The position numbers were made by a program, and so were the translations under genes. The notes beneath the pieces were generated by a model. That model was not told the origin of the DNA, ran no database searches, and saw only the letters and a list, made by a program, of their open reading frames with translations. Of a stretch of DNA of 64,000 nucleotides, positions 38,620 to 49,920 are shown piece by piece. Position 1 is the stretch's first letter; each line of letters starts with the position of its first letter. Origin of the DNA: Massalongia carnosa (taxonomy: Eukaryota); the NCBI GenBank assembly GCA_965645245.1, contig OZ287069.1:2418001-2482000 (forward strand). Reading direction: 5' to 3'.

Positions 38620-39891
38620 TTAAATAACGAACCAAGCGACTGTTCCAGCGACAAAAGCTACAGCACCAATCACGCCACTCTTGAGGGATGACGCCGCACC
38701 TCGGTAGGGGACAATGGGCGAACTCGTGGGGGGGGAGGACGCTACGCCCGTACCGCTCGGTGGGCCTGGCACGCCTGTGGCGGTGGATGTGCCGACTGGG
38801 ACGGTAGAGTTGGCAGATGAGGCATCAGCAATGAGGACGCTGGGAAGGTTTAGTAATGATTTTGGTTTATTATTTTCCTCGCAGGAAAGTAGAATTTTTC
38901 AATTAATGGAAGAATTTACCTATCAATCACATGTACGACACCGTTGGCAACTAAGAGATCCGGTACGAGAACCTTGGCGTTGTTCACAAACACGTTACCG
39001 CCGGAGACGGTGATCTTAACGCTGGCACCCCCAAGAGTCTTGAACGTTTCGCCATTTTTAAGTTTTGAGCTATAGCCCACCGGGCCCTTCACGACTAGCG
39101 CAATAGTCAGCAGGTACGCAGCGGGCTAAAAGAAAGTACCCACCATGATTCCCTAAGATGGTTGTAAGCTGCTGCACCGTGAGTTTGGCGGCAGCAGGCC
39201 CGAGTTTCTCAAATGCTGCGTTGTTAGGCGTAAAAACGGTGAGATCCGCAATAGTGTCAATGGTGTTGACCAGGTTCGTTACTTTTAAAGCGCCCACAAG
39301 ATCTGTCAATTTGGCAACCCGGGCGGTAGTAGAAATATTCCTTGGGACGTTGAGGACTTGGTCTATGATATGAACCAACCCGTTATCAAATTTGATATCC
39401 TGAAGATGTTAGCTTCTTTAAGATCCATAGGGGAATAATGCACCTACGCCCTTCACTACATGCGACACCATCAAGCCCGAGACAATATCGAGTTGGTTAT
39501 CATTGCGAAAAGCTTCCACTACCTGGCCACCGGTCACGTTCGTCAATGCTTGAGCGGTGAGGCCAGTGGGCAGAAAGACTGGAGTGGTCTTGAATTCGGA
39601 CGTTGCCAGCTTGCCAGTCACAACATGATAGGATAAGATTGCCTCGATGAGTTTCGGTTCGGCGGCTAGAGACTTGCCCAATGGACTTGCGAGGAGCTTC
39701 GCGATGGCATCGTTCGATGGAGCGAGAATCGTGATGTCGGGAGTCGTCTTCAACGCTTCCACCAAATTGGGATACTGCGAGACGAGAGCAGTCAAGTTGG
39801 ACAGTTCTGGCGCCCCCGAAAGAACCGAGGTGATGCTCTGTGCAGAGGCAAAGGCAGCCCAGGCAATGAATGAAAAGAGCTTGAAATACAT
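38620..39891 (-). CDS. fasciclin (two FAS1 domains) cell-surface protein, probably GPI-anchored
   Basis: Signal peptide; ITILAPSNDA..ILSYHVV, NGLVHIIDQVL, LTVFTPNNAAF, NGVVHVID; Ser/Thr/Pro linker and hydrophobic C-terminus GAVAFVAGTVAWFVI*. Confidence 0.9.
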
Positions 39892-41337
39892 GATGTGAAG
39901 CGATGAGTTGAAAACGAAAGAGACTAAGAAATGGGAGAGGAGGGGTTTTTTGGGAGGTTTTGAAGGAACTCTACGGAAAATGGTCGTCCAAACCGAAGAA
40001 CCAGGGCTAGGGGGATTGGGGATGGAATGGGCTTTGTGTGAGGACCTTCATCTCGGAGTGTGGAGGCTGTGTGAAGCGGAAGAGGTTCTGCAGCCAATCG
40101 TATTGATGAAATTATACCTAATGTAAGTACTGTATACCTAGGGATCTAGATACCCATTACTGACTGATATCTTACAAGATATCTTACAGAGTACATCGAA
40201 ACGGAACAACGGGATGATTCAACGTAAGAGAGAGAAGCATAAGCGGTAATGTAAATGACGCAATACGGGCCGTGGAGCATGACCCATCCCGGCCCATACG
40301 ATACCTAAAGGATCTATCCAGTCTTCCTCATAACCTCACAGTACAAAGGATACCTCGAGCGCCTTTGTATGTATTCATGTACCTTGGTCAGTACAGAGCA
40401 CGGATAGGTATTACTAACCACTTCGGATTTCGAAATCTCCATCTAGACCCAAGCAGTCTCAAGGCCGTCAGGCTGGGATTTCAGCTTTCAAAACACCCTT
40501 TCTCACCAGGGCCAGACGAACTAAGCGGGACAGAAGGTGCATGACGGCATCTTCAAACAAGTTTGAGAGGGTTCACAGGGTACGGGTTTGAGGTACGCGG
40601 CTGAAGCGAGCGAAGGCTCCGCGAGTGCATAAATCTTTTGTTTCCCTCCATTTTCCGTTGGGATCGCGGCTCAGCTTCCTCTGGTGGCTTTGCGAGGCCT
40701 GTCCACATTGATTTCGGGGGGAATAGTTAGAGTCACATCGGCTGAACGATTCGGTGATGAAAGGCGCCAGGTACTCCGTGTATGAGGCAGGTTTTACTCC
40801 GTCCATATTAGATGTTAGCAGTCTACAAGCGACTCCACTTACTCTGTACTCTGTAGATAGCCCAGGTAACACGCCCGGTTGCTAGTGGGCATCCACCATC
40901 AAAGTTCCCCAAGTGGACCCAAGAGATGTGTGGTCAGGCTGTGTACTGCTTTCTGTCGGGAGAGGTCTGACGGGGTCTGTCGGACAAAGCGGAGCAGATG
41001 AGAGGGCTGAGCAGACTAGAGGGACGAGAGAGCGATCAGAGTGATGTCTGTTTGTCTCTCTCATGAGCCAGTCCTAGCATCTCCGATCGAGGGGAGAAGT
41101 CGTTCCAAGGTGACGCTAACGGCGAACGATGGTGACATCCCGCCGCCTTGCCGTATCGGGATTAGACGACGCGTGGCGGAGTTCGGCTTAACTACTTCCA
41201 CCTGTGCACTAACCGTGCGACCGAGGTAAATCCGATGGACCGCACCCGGAGCTACGCTCCAGGTGCGGCTCACCTCCATGACGCTATCATCTCCATGACG
41301 CATTTTTATCATCAACCATTTATTATTCAACCACATC

Positions 41338-43241
41338 ATGTCTGATTCGTACAAGAAACGAGAGGCTAACATTGCAAAGGCCTTAGATGCATTTGCGAAG
41401 AACACATACAAATCAGCCGCATGTGACGAAGCGAGACAGTGAATAGATTTCTACCATTGCGCCACCTGTCCTTCCCGACCAAAAGGCACAATACTTAGTC
41501 CGCAGACCAAGCTCTATTCTACTATAACTGGGACTCCTGCTATGTTCGCTGTAGGTCCTGCCGTCCGCACCACGCTTGGTCGGACCGTTACACCGCAGCC
41601 TGTGCCAAAGAATTCGATATTTCACCTCCTCTATTTCAAAGAAGACTACATGGATATAGCAAGCGAAAAGCAGTCAATATGAGGCTGTCTGCTGCACAAG
41701 AACTAGCCCTGAAGGAGTATATTGAATTTCTTGATGATATTGAATTATCAATGAGATTGCCATTGATTCGCGGTGCAGCTAATTATTTGTTGCAATTGCA
41801 ACATCCTTCCTCGTCTTCATCTTCTCTCACCCGCGTAGGAAAATGCTGGACCGGACGATTCTTGAAAAGAAATCCCCAATTTTTCATGCAAAAAGGCAAG
41901 CCATTAGCAGCCGAAAGGAAAAACGCTCACAATGTTACGGATATTCAAACTTATTTCTCTTCATTTCAATCGACTGTAGCCCTTCTTGGTATAACTCCAG
42001 ATGATATATGGAATATGGATGAGACAGGCTTTCGAGTTGGCTGTGGGGTAACCCATTTGGTGGTGACACTATCATCACATAAACTAATTATGATCGCTCA
42101 TCCAGACAATCGAGGCTATATAACTTCGGTCGAATGCATCAATGGAGTTGGCGGAAGCGTCCCATCCTTTTTGATTTTGAAAGGGGTCAACATACTTCAC
42201 AAATGGGCCTTAGAGAATGATTTGAAAGATGATATCGTGTTGACTACAAGCGATAGCGGCTATTCGAATGATTGTCTAGCATTAGAGTGGCTAAAGCATT
42301 TTAATGCTCATTCAATAAAGGTTCAAAAAGGAGCGTTTAGGCTTCTTTTGTTGGATGGATATGGATCTCATCTAACGTATGAATTTTGGGAATATTCGAA
42401 AGAAAATAAGATCTGTTTATTCAGATTACCCCCCCATTCAACCCATTTGACGCAGCCATTGGACGTTGGTGTTTTTCAGCCAATGAAACATTATCATGCT
42501 GAAGCGGTTGACAACGCCATTCGGTTGGGTGACGTTGACTTCAATCGTCTGGATTTTCTGGCCGCATTCAATCAATTTCGTACAAAGGCATTCAAATCAT
42601 CTACTATCAAATCAGCCTGGGAAAAAACTAGGTTGATACCTTACAATCCGGAGGTAGTCTTGACCAAAATTCGTGCTTTAAATCCGGCATTACCACCACT
42701 ACCAATATCATCTTCGGAGACAATAATCCTACCTCATACCCCCAAAAAGCCCAAAACCGTTGCTAAGGAAGGGGAAAACATTATTCTGCGAATGAATAAT
42801 AATGAAGAAATTACTCCAGAAAGAATGCGACGTTTTATCAAAGGGTCGGTTGCAAACGCTAATTTACTAGAATTGACGCAACGCGACTTGCAAGCCACAC
42901 ACACAGCTGCATTAGCTAAAAGGGCCCGAAAAAAGCTTGCTGGCACCGTTGTTCAGAAGGGAGGAATCGTTACCGTTCGAGATGTGAGGCAAAATCACCT
43001 ACATCGTACCCAAGAAGAGGTGGAAAGGGAGGAGGGTCGTCAAAAGCGTGCTGAGACGGCTAGACAAAAGAAAATATTTATCTATGGAAAAGCGATAGCT
43101 AAACGGTTTGGCTTGGTGGGTAAAAAGGCCGAAAGCTGGATAGATGAACGTCAGCCTTTGATTTTGAATAGCTTCATTTTGAAAGGGTCAATCAATGGAT
43201 ATAATGTAAATAGTTTGAGAAATGCGTCATGGAGAGGATAG
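41338..43241 (+). pseudogene. Fot1-type DDD transposase interrupted in its N-terminal HTH by a solo LTR; remainder is an open 520-aa ORF
   Basis: WNMDETGFR, LLLDGYGSH and QPLDVG are intact. Removing 41422-41597 restores MSDSYKKRE..KSAAACAKEFDISPPLFQRRLHG..NMRLSAAQE in frame. Confidence 0.9.
41422..41592. mobile_element. solo LTR (171 bp), 5-bp TSD
   Basis: TGTGACG...CGTTACA termini; CCGCA is duplicated at 41417-41421 and 41593-41597. Confidence 0.88.
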
Positions 43242-43326
43242 CGTCATGGAGGTGAGCCGCACCTGGAGCGTAGCTCCGGGTGCGGTCCATCGGATTTACC
43301 TCGGTCGCATGGTTAGTTATAACTAA

Positions 43327-43367
43327 TGATTCCCGTGATTCCCGTGATTCCCGTGATTCCGTGATTC
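43327..43367. repeat. 9-bp tandem repeat (TGATTCCCG), ~4.5 copies
   Basis: Read directly from the sequence. Confidence 0.9.
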
Positions 43368-43701
43368 TTACCATTCAACGGCCAAGCGAGCCAAGGAAAA
43401 TCAGGAATAAATGACATCATTCATCTCAATCCCCACAAGTCGACGAACGTCACTTCATTCCCTAAAACATCGGAGGATCCGATTTACCTGTTGGTTTTAT
43501 TTCTTAATGACTTGAAAACTCATCGAAAAACAGCCCAGAAGACCTTTAAGTAGCTTTCTCTCCATGGTAAATGATCATGGCATCTACATAGGACTTGCCT
43601 CCATGTTGCCGTCAGGCCCCACTGTATAACGCACGACAATTGCCGTGTTATTTTGATGAGGTTGCCACCTTCCTTGACATGGTAGAAAATGGTTTAGCAA
43701 C

Positions 43702-43746
43702 GACTTGGCAGACTTGGCCGACTTGGCAGACTTGGCAGACTTGGCA
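43702..43746. repeat. 9-bp tandem repeat (GACTTGGCA), 5 copies
   Basis: Read directly from the sequence. Confidence 0.9.
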
Positions 43747-44424
43747 GTCAGACAAGAATGGTTGAAATGATGGAGCATGCGATCCAGCCTGACGCTATCG
43801 ACCATTTCTTTCACTTTACTGTTTTTGTGCTCCTTCCTCAATTGTATACGGAGCCCATGTTTATGTTCATGAATGCGTCCTTCGACTCATCACATCATCG
43901 TTAAGAGTGGCCGCCGATGGAGAAACCAAGTCTCGAGACTTCTTAGACCTTACATCTCTAAGGAAACTGCCTTAAAACAGTTACTGTTCGTTGAAGATGG
44001 TCGGACTATTTCCCAGAGATCAACACAACTATTGGCTCTGGATCTTGTTTTCTTGTATAAATATGTATATATAGTAATCTTCATACTGAACAGCACGTGA
44101 CCCTCTGTTGACTAAGGGATATTGCCACCCTGCTCGCTCACTAACGCCCGTTTCGTTTATCTGCTCCCTCTCTGCTCCCCGCTCGTGCTCCCTACTTACT
44201 CTCACAGTTTTGTCTCAATAATTCTAAGCGACGGATAGGTGCGATTGCTTAGTAAGCTTAGCTTTAGTTTTTAGTTAGTGCCCCCAATAAAGAAAGACTC
44301 CATCCCTCCTTCTTCCTAGTCAGGTCTATCCGTAAATTTGTTTGGGTTTGGAGATCTTCTAGTGAAGCTGTCCCAGAGAGTTATCATTTGAAGATAAAGA
44401 AAATCGGTCTAACCTTTGTCCTCA

Positions 44425-45794
44425 GAAGCGATGGACATCCCGTTACACAATGGGTATGTCAGCCCTCTGGTCAAGGTCAATCGCTCTCCAGAACCTCTTA
44501 TTTTACTGCCTCGCCATTTTCGAAACTGCCGTCGCGACGAAAGATCACACCACCAGAAGATGTCCGGCATGCACCTCTTCTGAAGCATAATCTCTTACCA
44601 ACTACCAGTCCTCCTGTCTTGTCGAATCATTCAGCAACCCCTTCTGAAAGCCCACTCGAGATGTTGACGCCTTCAGACCTTACAATATACGAGGCAAGAC
44701 TTAAAGAGAGTGTCCTCGCCAACAAGAAACGCAGAGAACAGAAGTTTATACCTTTGCGTAGTGTGGATCGAGTACATATGCCAGCAAGTTATTTTCAAAA
44801 GCTGGATGAAGCTCTTGGTTATGATGAATTTGATCTTCGGTATACTCTTTAGATCTTGATATGCAAATTATGATAGCTAACATGATTTGTTTCAGCTCGC
44901 CATCTATCTCCTTCAACTCTCGAAGTTGCACTGGGATTATTCAATGGATGCCCTCACCTATTCACGAGATTCTTGCGTCTCCCTTTATTAGAAGCGATAC
45001 TATTGCTACGCAGGATCTTCGGTCTGAAATAGCGAGGCAAATCAATGTTGTTGGGAATCAAAGAGTGGGAGCTTTTACAGGGGCTTACAAGGGTAGTAAG
45101 AAGGAACCAGACGTGCTGTTCAAGTCCAAAGGACAAGATCATAAAGTTCTATATACCGCGGTGGTTGAGATTGGTTTCGCAGAAACATATGAAGAACTTA
45201 TTGACGACGCTAAATTATGGATAGAAGGAAACAGGGATATAAGGACTGTGATCCTAATCAAAGTGGAGGAGAATCCTCGATATCATTCTCCTACCAGCAA
45301 ATTGGAAGATGATGAGGTTGAGGACCTTGGGTTCCCTGATTTCAAAGATCTTGATACTTCTATGGTCATTTCTAAAGATCCGAACGACAGCTTTGGCCCG
45401 CTTCAGATAAACAATTTGATTTGGGTTAATAAGATGAGTGTATTTCTCGAGATATGGAAGAGAGATGCAGTGAATAGAGAGGCGAAGCAGCAAGGAACTT
45501 GATCAGTAAGCTGTATTTCTTTTCTTCTACTCAGGTACAATATATGCTAACTCGGCTTTGTTCTAGTATTTTGTTCCAAATAATGCAACTTCGGAACTTG
45601 ACCTCAAGTTAAGCGACTTCTACCCTCTCGATGCTACAGACGGGGGAAACACAAGATTTCCATTAACCTTCGATCAGTTAAGGCTTCATTTGCAAACATC
45701 TCGTGAGGAGCTAGCAGTAGAGCGTTGTCGTGATGTGCTTCTAAATCTTGCCAGGCGTAATAACAACATTAACGATAGAGATTACACTCCTTAG
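44425..45794 (+). pseudogene. PD-(D/E)xK restriction-endonuclease-like (Uma2-like) protein gene, spliced, with a premature TGA at 45500
   Basis: [48 protein letters not shown]. Introns at ~44840-44895 and ~45506-45567; the last exon [14 protein letters not shown] ends at TAG 45794. The start is uncertain (in-frame ATG at 44661). Confidence 0.6.
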
Positions 45795-46189
45795 CAAAAT
45801 AGAACAACAAGAATGATTTCGAGCTCATTGTTTATCTGACGTATAATTGTTAAACTCATAGTATGCTATAACTATTTAGTGTATCTACCTACAGGAACTG
45901 CTACATCTCACACCATTACGTTTCTTAAGCGCCGGCAAGGGCCTGACAGAAGGCCTTTGCGTCCTTCAGCAGCCTAGAGCGTACCCGCAAATTTGATTCT
46001 GATCTAGTGTGTTGGAAATCCTGAAGTAGAGCGAGATCGTGGGTTGGCGTCGTAAATCTAGCCTGTGAGGGAACCCTAAGAAATCGACGGCAGACATCTA
46101 GTAAGGTTGATGAAGCCGGGCAACAGTATCTACGATGGTTATAAAATAAATGTAAGCAGGTAGAGCCGGGTATGAGAATTCCAATTCAG

Positions 46190-46325
46190 GCTCCCCGTGC
46201 TGCGCCCCTGCGCCTCCCCGGTGCTCCCCCGGTGCTCCCTTAATGCTCCCTCAGCGCCCCCCCCTGTTCCCTCGCTGCTCTCCCCTGCTCCCTCGCTGCT
46301 CCCTCTAAAGCGGCTATGCTCCCTT
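46190..46325. repeat. degenerate (T)GCTCCC minisatellite, ~11-12-bp period; shorter copy at 44160-44193
   Basis: Read directly from the sequence. Confidence 0.8.
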
Positions 46326-48245
46326 TCCAGAACGGAAACGGCAATTTCAAATCCAAAGTTCGGGGTGTATATAAAATATATATTGCAAATAATCTGTTTT
46401 TTTACTCCTGTATGTATGAGCAAGAAAACTGATCTGGCTTCACTTGTTCAGTGAGAATATCTTCGATTAATGCTCTCTGGGTCACCGCTATCAGCACGTT
46501 CATGTCAGCAGAGAAGGGTTAAACCCATGTCCGCTATCATACCAACAAAGTGATAGCTGCTCGGTATCAGCTGTCGTTAAGGATGGGCAGAGGTGCCAGC
46601 TCTTCATTGAGACTAGCCTGGGGTTTCGTGCTTGTTATCATTCCCACTAACCTGCATTTCCCACACTGTGATATTCAAACTAATTTCACGGCGCAAAGAA
46701 CTGGGCTTTTCTTATAGAAACCTCCAAAATCCACGTCAGTCATGGCTCATAATGATATGGGAACTATCGCGATTGGTAAAAGAGCTTCAAAGTACCTAGC
46801 ATGACTGTGCGAGAGCTGCGGAGTCTTACAAGAATCAAGTTTGCTTACAAGCTTAGAGCACTGCATCCAGACTTGTTCTATGGTGTATTCAAATATCCTG
46901 TGCTTGAATGCACATTTATGGCCATGACGGAACGCTTGGGGGCTACTCATAGCTCCAGCACAGATACATTGCTGCTCTAAAAGCAGCCCTAAATAACGTA
47001 TGTATCCCAGTGTGTCTTCTCAAACCTCCTAATGAAAATATCCAGTGGAGAAAACCCAACCAGCACCAATCGGGCTATCTCCTGAGGCTGGACTTCCAGT
47101 TCCCATTGTATTCCCAGGATATTCTAGAGAAGAAATCTCCCGTACCATGTGACATGGACGGTTCAAGGTTTGTATTGCCTCATTTCAATACATCTCTTTT
47201 CCGTCGCAACCTCTTTCAAGTGGACAAATTCATCGCCCAGTTCCAGTCCATCAATCAGACCCAACCAGAGCAGATTACTCGAGCCATGTTAGATGAGGCA
47301 TTAAGACGCCTTATTGACGCTTTTTATCCACAAAGGATCGCAATTCAAACGAGAGTTACTCGATCAGGTCGGCTCCTCCCCTAAGCTATGCCCTCCGTGC
47401 CCCACCCGCTAAAGCTTAACAGATATTCACTAGCACCCCTGACCCCAGCGGCCCTCGAAAACCCAGTAACCGCCAAAGCCGCATACTTAAAGCCAAGCAT
47501 CGCCAAGCTCTAAAACGCGAAGCTTCCAAAGCCGCCGTCATCCATCCCTCACCAATGCCCGACGACACGCCCACCCCCGAGGCAGCAGAACACGACATTT
47601 TCTCCGCTCTCGAGGCCTGCCTCGGCGAAGCTCAAGCCCGGCTGCATACCACCTTGCCAACCTAGCGTTAGAGATGCAGAGATCAATACGTTATTTGCCA
47701 TAGCAAGTAATGCCCAACCAGTCTCCTTCTACCTCCGCCCCCGCCATACACAACTCAAGGAACCTCAAGCATCGTCTACATCATTCACTCATCTCGAATC
47801 CGAAAAGAATCTCTCGCACGGAGGATACCTTTGGTCGTTTATCTCACTTGTCACATCATATCCTATCGTATCATCCATCTCATGTTGGTTCCCAATTGTC
47901 CAGAGATGGGCATCAGGTGCCAGGCTGGCGCTACCCTTGGGGAACGGCAAGGAGCACAGGGAGAATCGTAGAGATTGTAATTACGGAAAAAATACCCTGG
48001 GTGTAATTTCGAAATTTTGCGGGCCTAAGCAGTTGTTGGCGGGGAAAGAAGTAATACACAGTTTTCTATAATTGGCTTGGGGGGGGGGGGAAGTGTTGAT
48101 TTTATTTTTCTTTTCTTTCTTTTCCAGTGCTAAAATGCCATTATGGCAACACAGCGCATGCCGGCAGGCAACTCTTGTTGTGTTTATTGTACATACACAC
48201 ACACACCTTGAGTATTCACCGAGGAAAAGGTAATCCAAAGAACCC

Positions 48246-49585
48246 CACGCGGGTGACAAAAAAAATTTTACTCACAAACTTTGACGTCACCAAACCATCA
48301 AATTTTGACCCCTTTTCAACCACCACATTTTATACACCATCATTTAGTCATGAATAGAGCTACCACACCTGTTTTGGACTCGCATGAGGCTCAGACCCAT
48401 CATCCCACCCCCACACGGGCCAAAATTCAGGGTGCAGTGGAGTTTTGCGATGCGATGAAGATTCGTTATTTCAAAGAAGATGTTTTTCATGTTTTCGGCA
48501 CTTCAAAACAAACTGGCTGGAAAATGTTGACAAGAGAAAATTCCAGTCGTATTTGACACAATGCCGACATTCCTGAAACACGTGGACGTCATTCAATTGT
48601 GATCTCGAGACACATGCGAGAGATGGAGCGTATTTTGAAGACAGAAGGCATGGAGGCTCGCGGGTTAACCTGGGTTCAATTGGGCTACGAGGTGGGACTG
48701 GAGTGCAGTGGTCGTACAATTCAGAGAGTTATGGGTACGATGAATTATCATAAATGCATTGCATGTAGAAAAGACTGGATCAGCGAATCGACGATTAAAC
48801 GTCGTTTTGAATGAGTCATCGTCATGAAAGAAAGATATCCTGATGATGAAGACTGATTTTCTGTACGATTCAGCGATGAAATGCATTATAGCTATGAATT
48901 TCAGAAGAAAATTTGCATCATTCGCAAGCCGGGTCAACGATACTGTCAAGATTGTCTTCAAGAAACGAACGAATCAACTGAAAAAGACTTGAATAAAAAG
49001 CATGCTTGGGCTGCTGTGGGCCACAATTTCAAGTCAGACATTCGTTTATACGACGTTCCGGGCAACACTAATAAAAAGATGAGTCAAAGGGTCTATATTG
49101 ATCAGATTTTGAAGCCCGTCGTCAGGCCGTGGCTTGACAGAGGTGATGATTTCTGTCTGAAAGAAGATGGTGATTCAGGGCACGACACTAGTAAAAACAA
49201 TATCGTACGCAAATGGAAGGAAGAAAATGGGTTGAAAAGCTATTTCAACTGTGCTTCGTCTCCTGATCTCTCACCTATTGAAAATTGCTGGCAGCCACCC
49301 AAGCAGTATATTCGCAAATTCTCTCATTGGGATGAGGCCACCACGGTAGGACTGATTCATGAGGGGTGGGCCACGGTTTCGCAAAATTTCATCAATAGCA
49401 AGGTGGCTGAGATGCCGAAACGGCTGCAAGCGGTGATAGATGGTGACGGTGCGATGACGGGTTATTGATAGTAGTAGGAGTAGCAATAATAATAGTGTGG
49501 TGCCACGATGCAAATAGGGGTCAAAATTTGATGGTTTGGTGGGGTCAAAATTTGTGAGAGTAAAACTTTTTTTGTCACTCGCGTG
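48246..49585 (+). mobile_element. Tc1/IS630-type DNA transposon with ~68-bp CACGCG-starting TIRs and non-TA flanks
   Basis: TIRs at 48246-48312 and 49517-49585; flanks AACCC| and |ACCCC. Confidence 0.92.
48350..49468 (+). pseudogene. Tc1/IS630-family DD37E transposase with three in-frame stops
   Basis: VRFSDEMH, LKEDGDSGH and SPDLSPIENCW, with 37 residues between the second D and the E; MPKRLQAVIDGDGAMTGY*. TGA stops near 48554, 48812 and 48854. Confidence 0.88.
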
Positions 49586-49920
49586 ACCCCTTCCATAGAT
49601 GAGAGCCCTGTAAACTTAATGGCAGCTTATCGATGTCGCTCGGGCTGCAGAGCGCAGTTTGATTGACGAAGCTACATATACGGATTCTTGCTGGCTAGTA
49701 AAATAGACCATGAACGAGAGAAAGAGAGAGAGAAGGCGACAGCTGCGGAAATCCAAGGGGTTCTTGTTTACTTGGAAAACTTTATAAACGTAGTAGGTGC
49801 TCACACAGATATATCCCGTTTCGCCCCTTTGCCAATAGACCCGCATATCTAGGTAACAAACATACTGATCACAACCCACCTCGTGAACCCCAATCTCCTC
49901 CCCTCTCCCCTCCTTGAAAA

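Larger units (their letters stand above)
41212..43313 (+). mobile_element. Fot1/pogo-like DNA transposon, ~95-bp TIRs, TA target duplication
   Basis: TA|ACCGTGCGACCGAGGTAAATCCGATGGACCGCACCCGGAGCTACG.. is inverted almost perfectly at ..CTCGGTCGCATGGT|TA. Confidence 0.95.

Noticed and set aside
47010..47664. Possible two-exon orphan gene on the plus strand
   Set aside because: An intron is plausible, but there is no homology or motif support.
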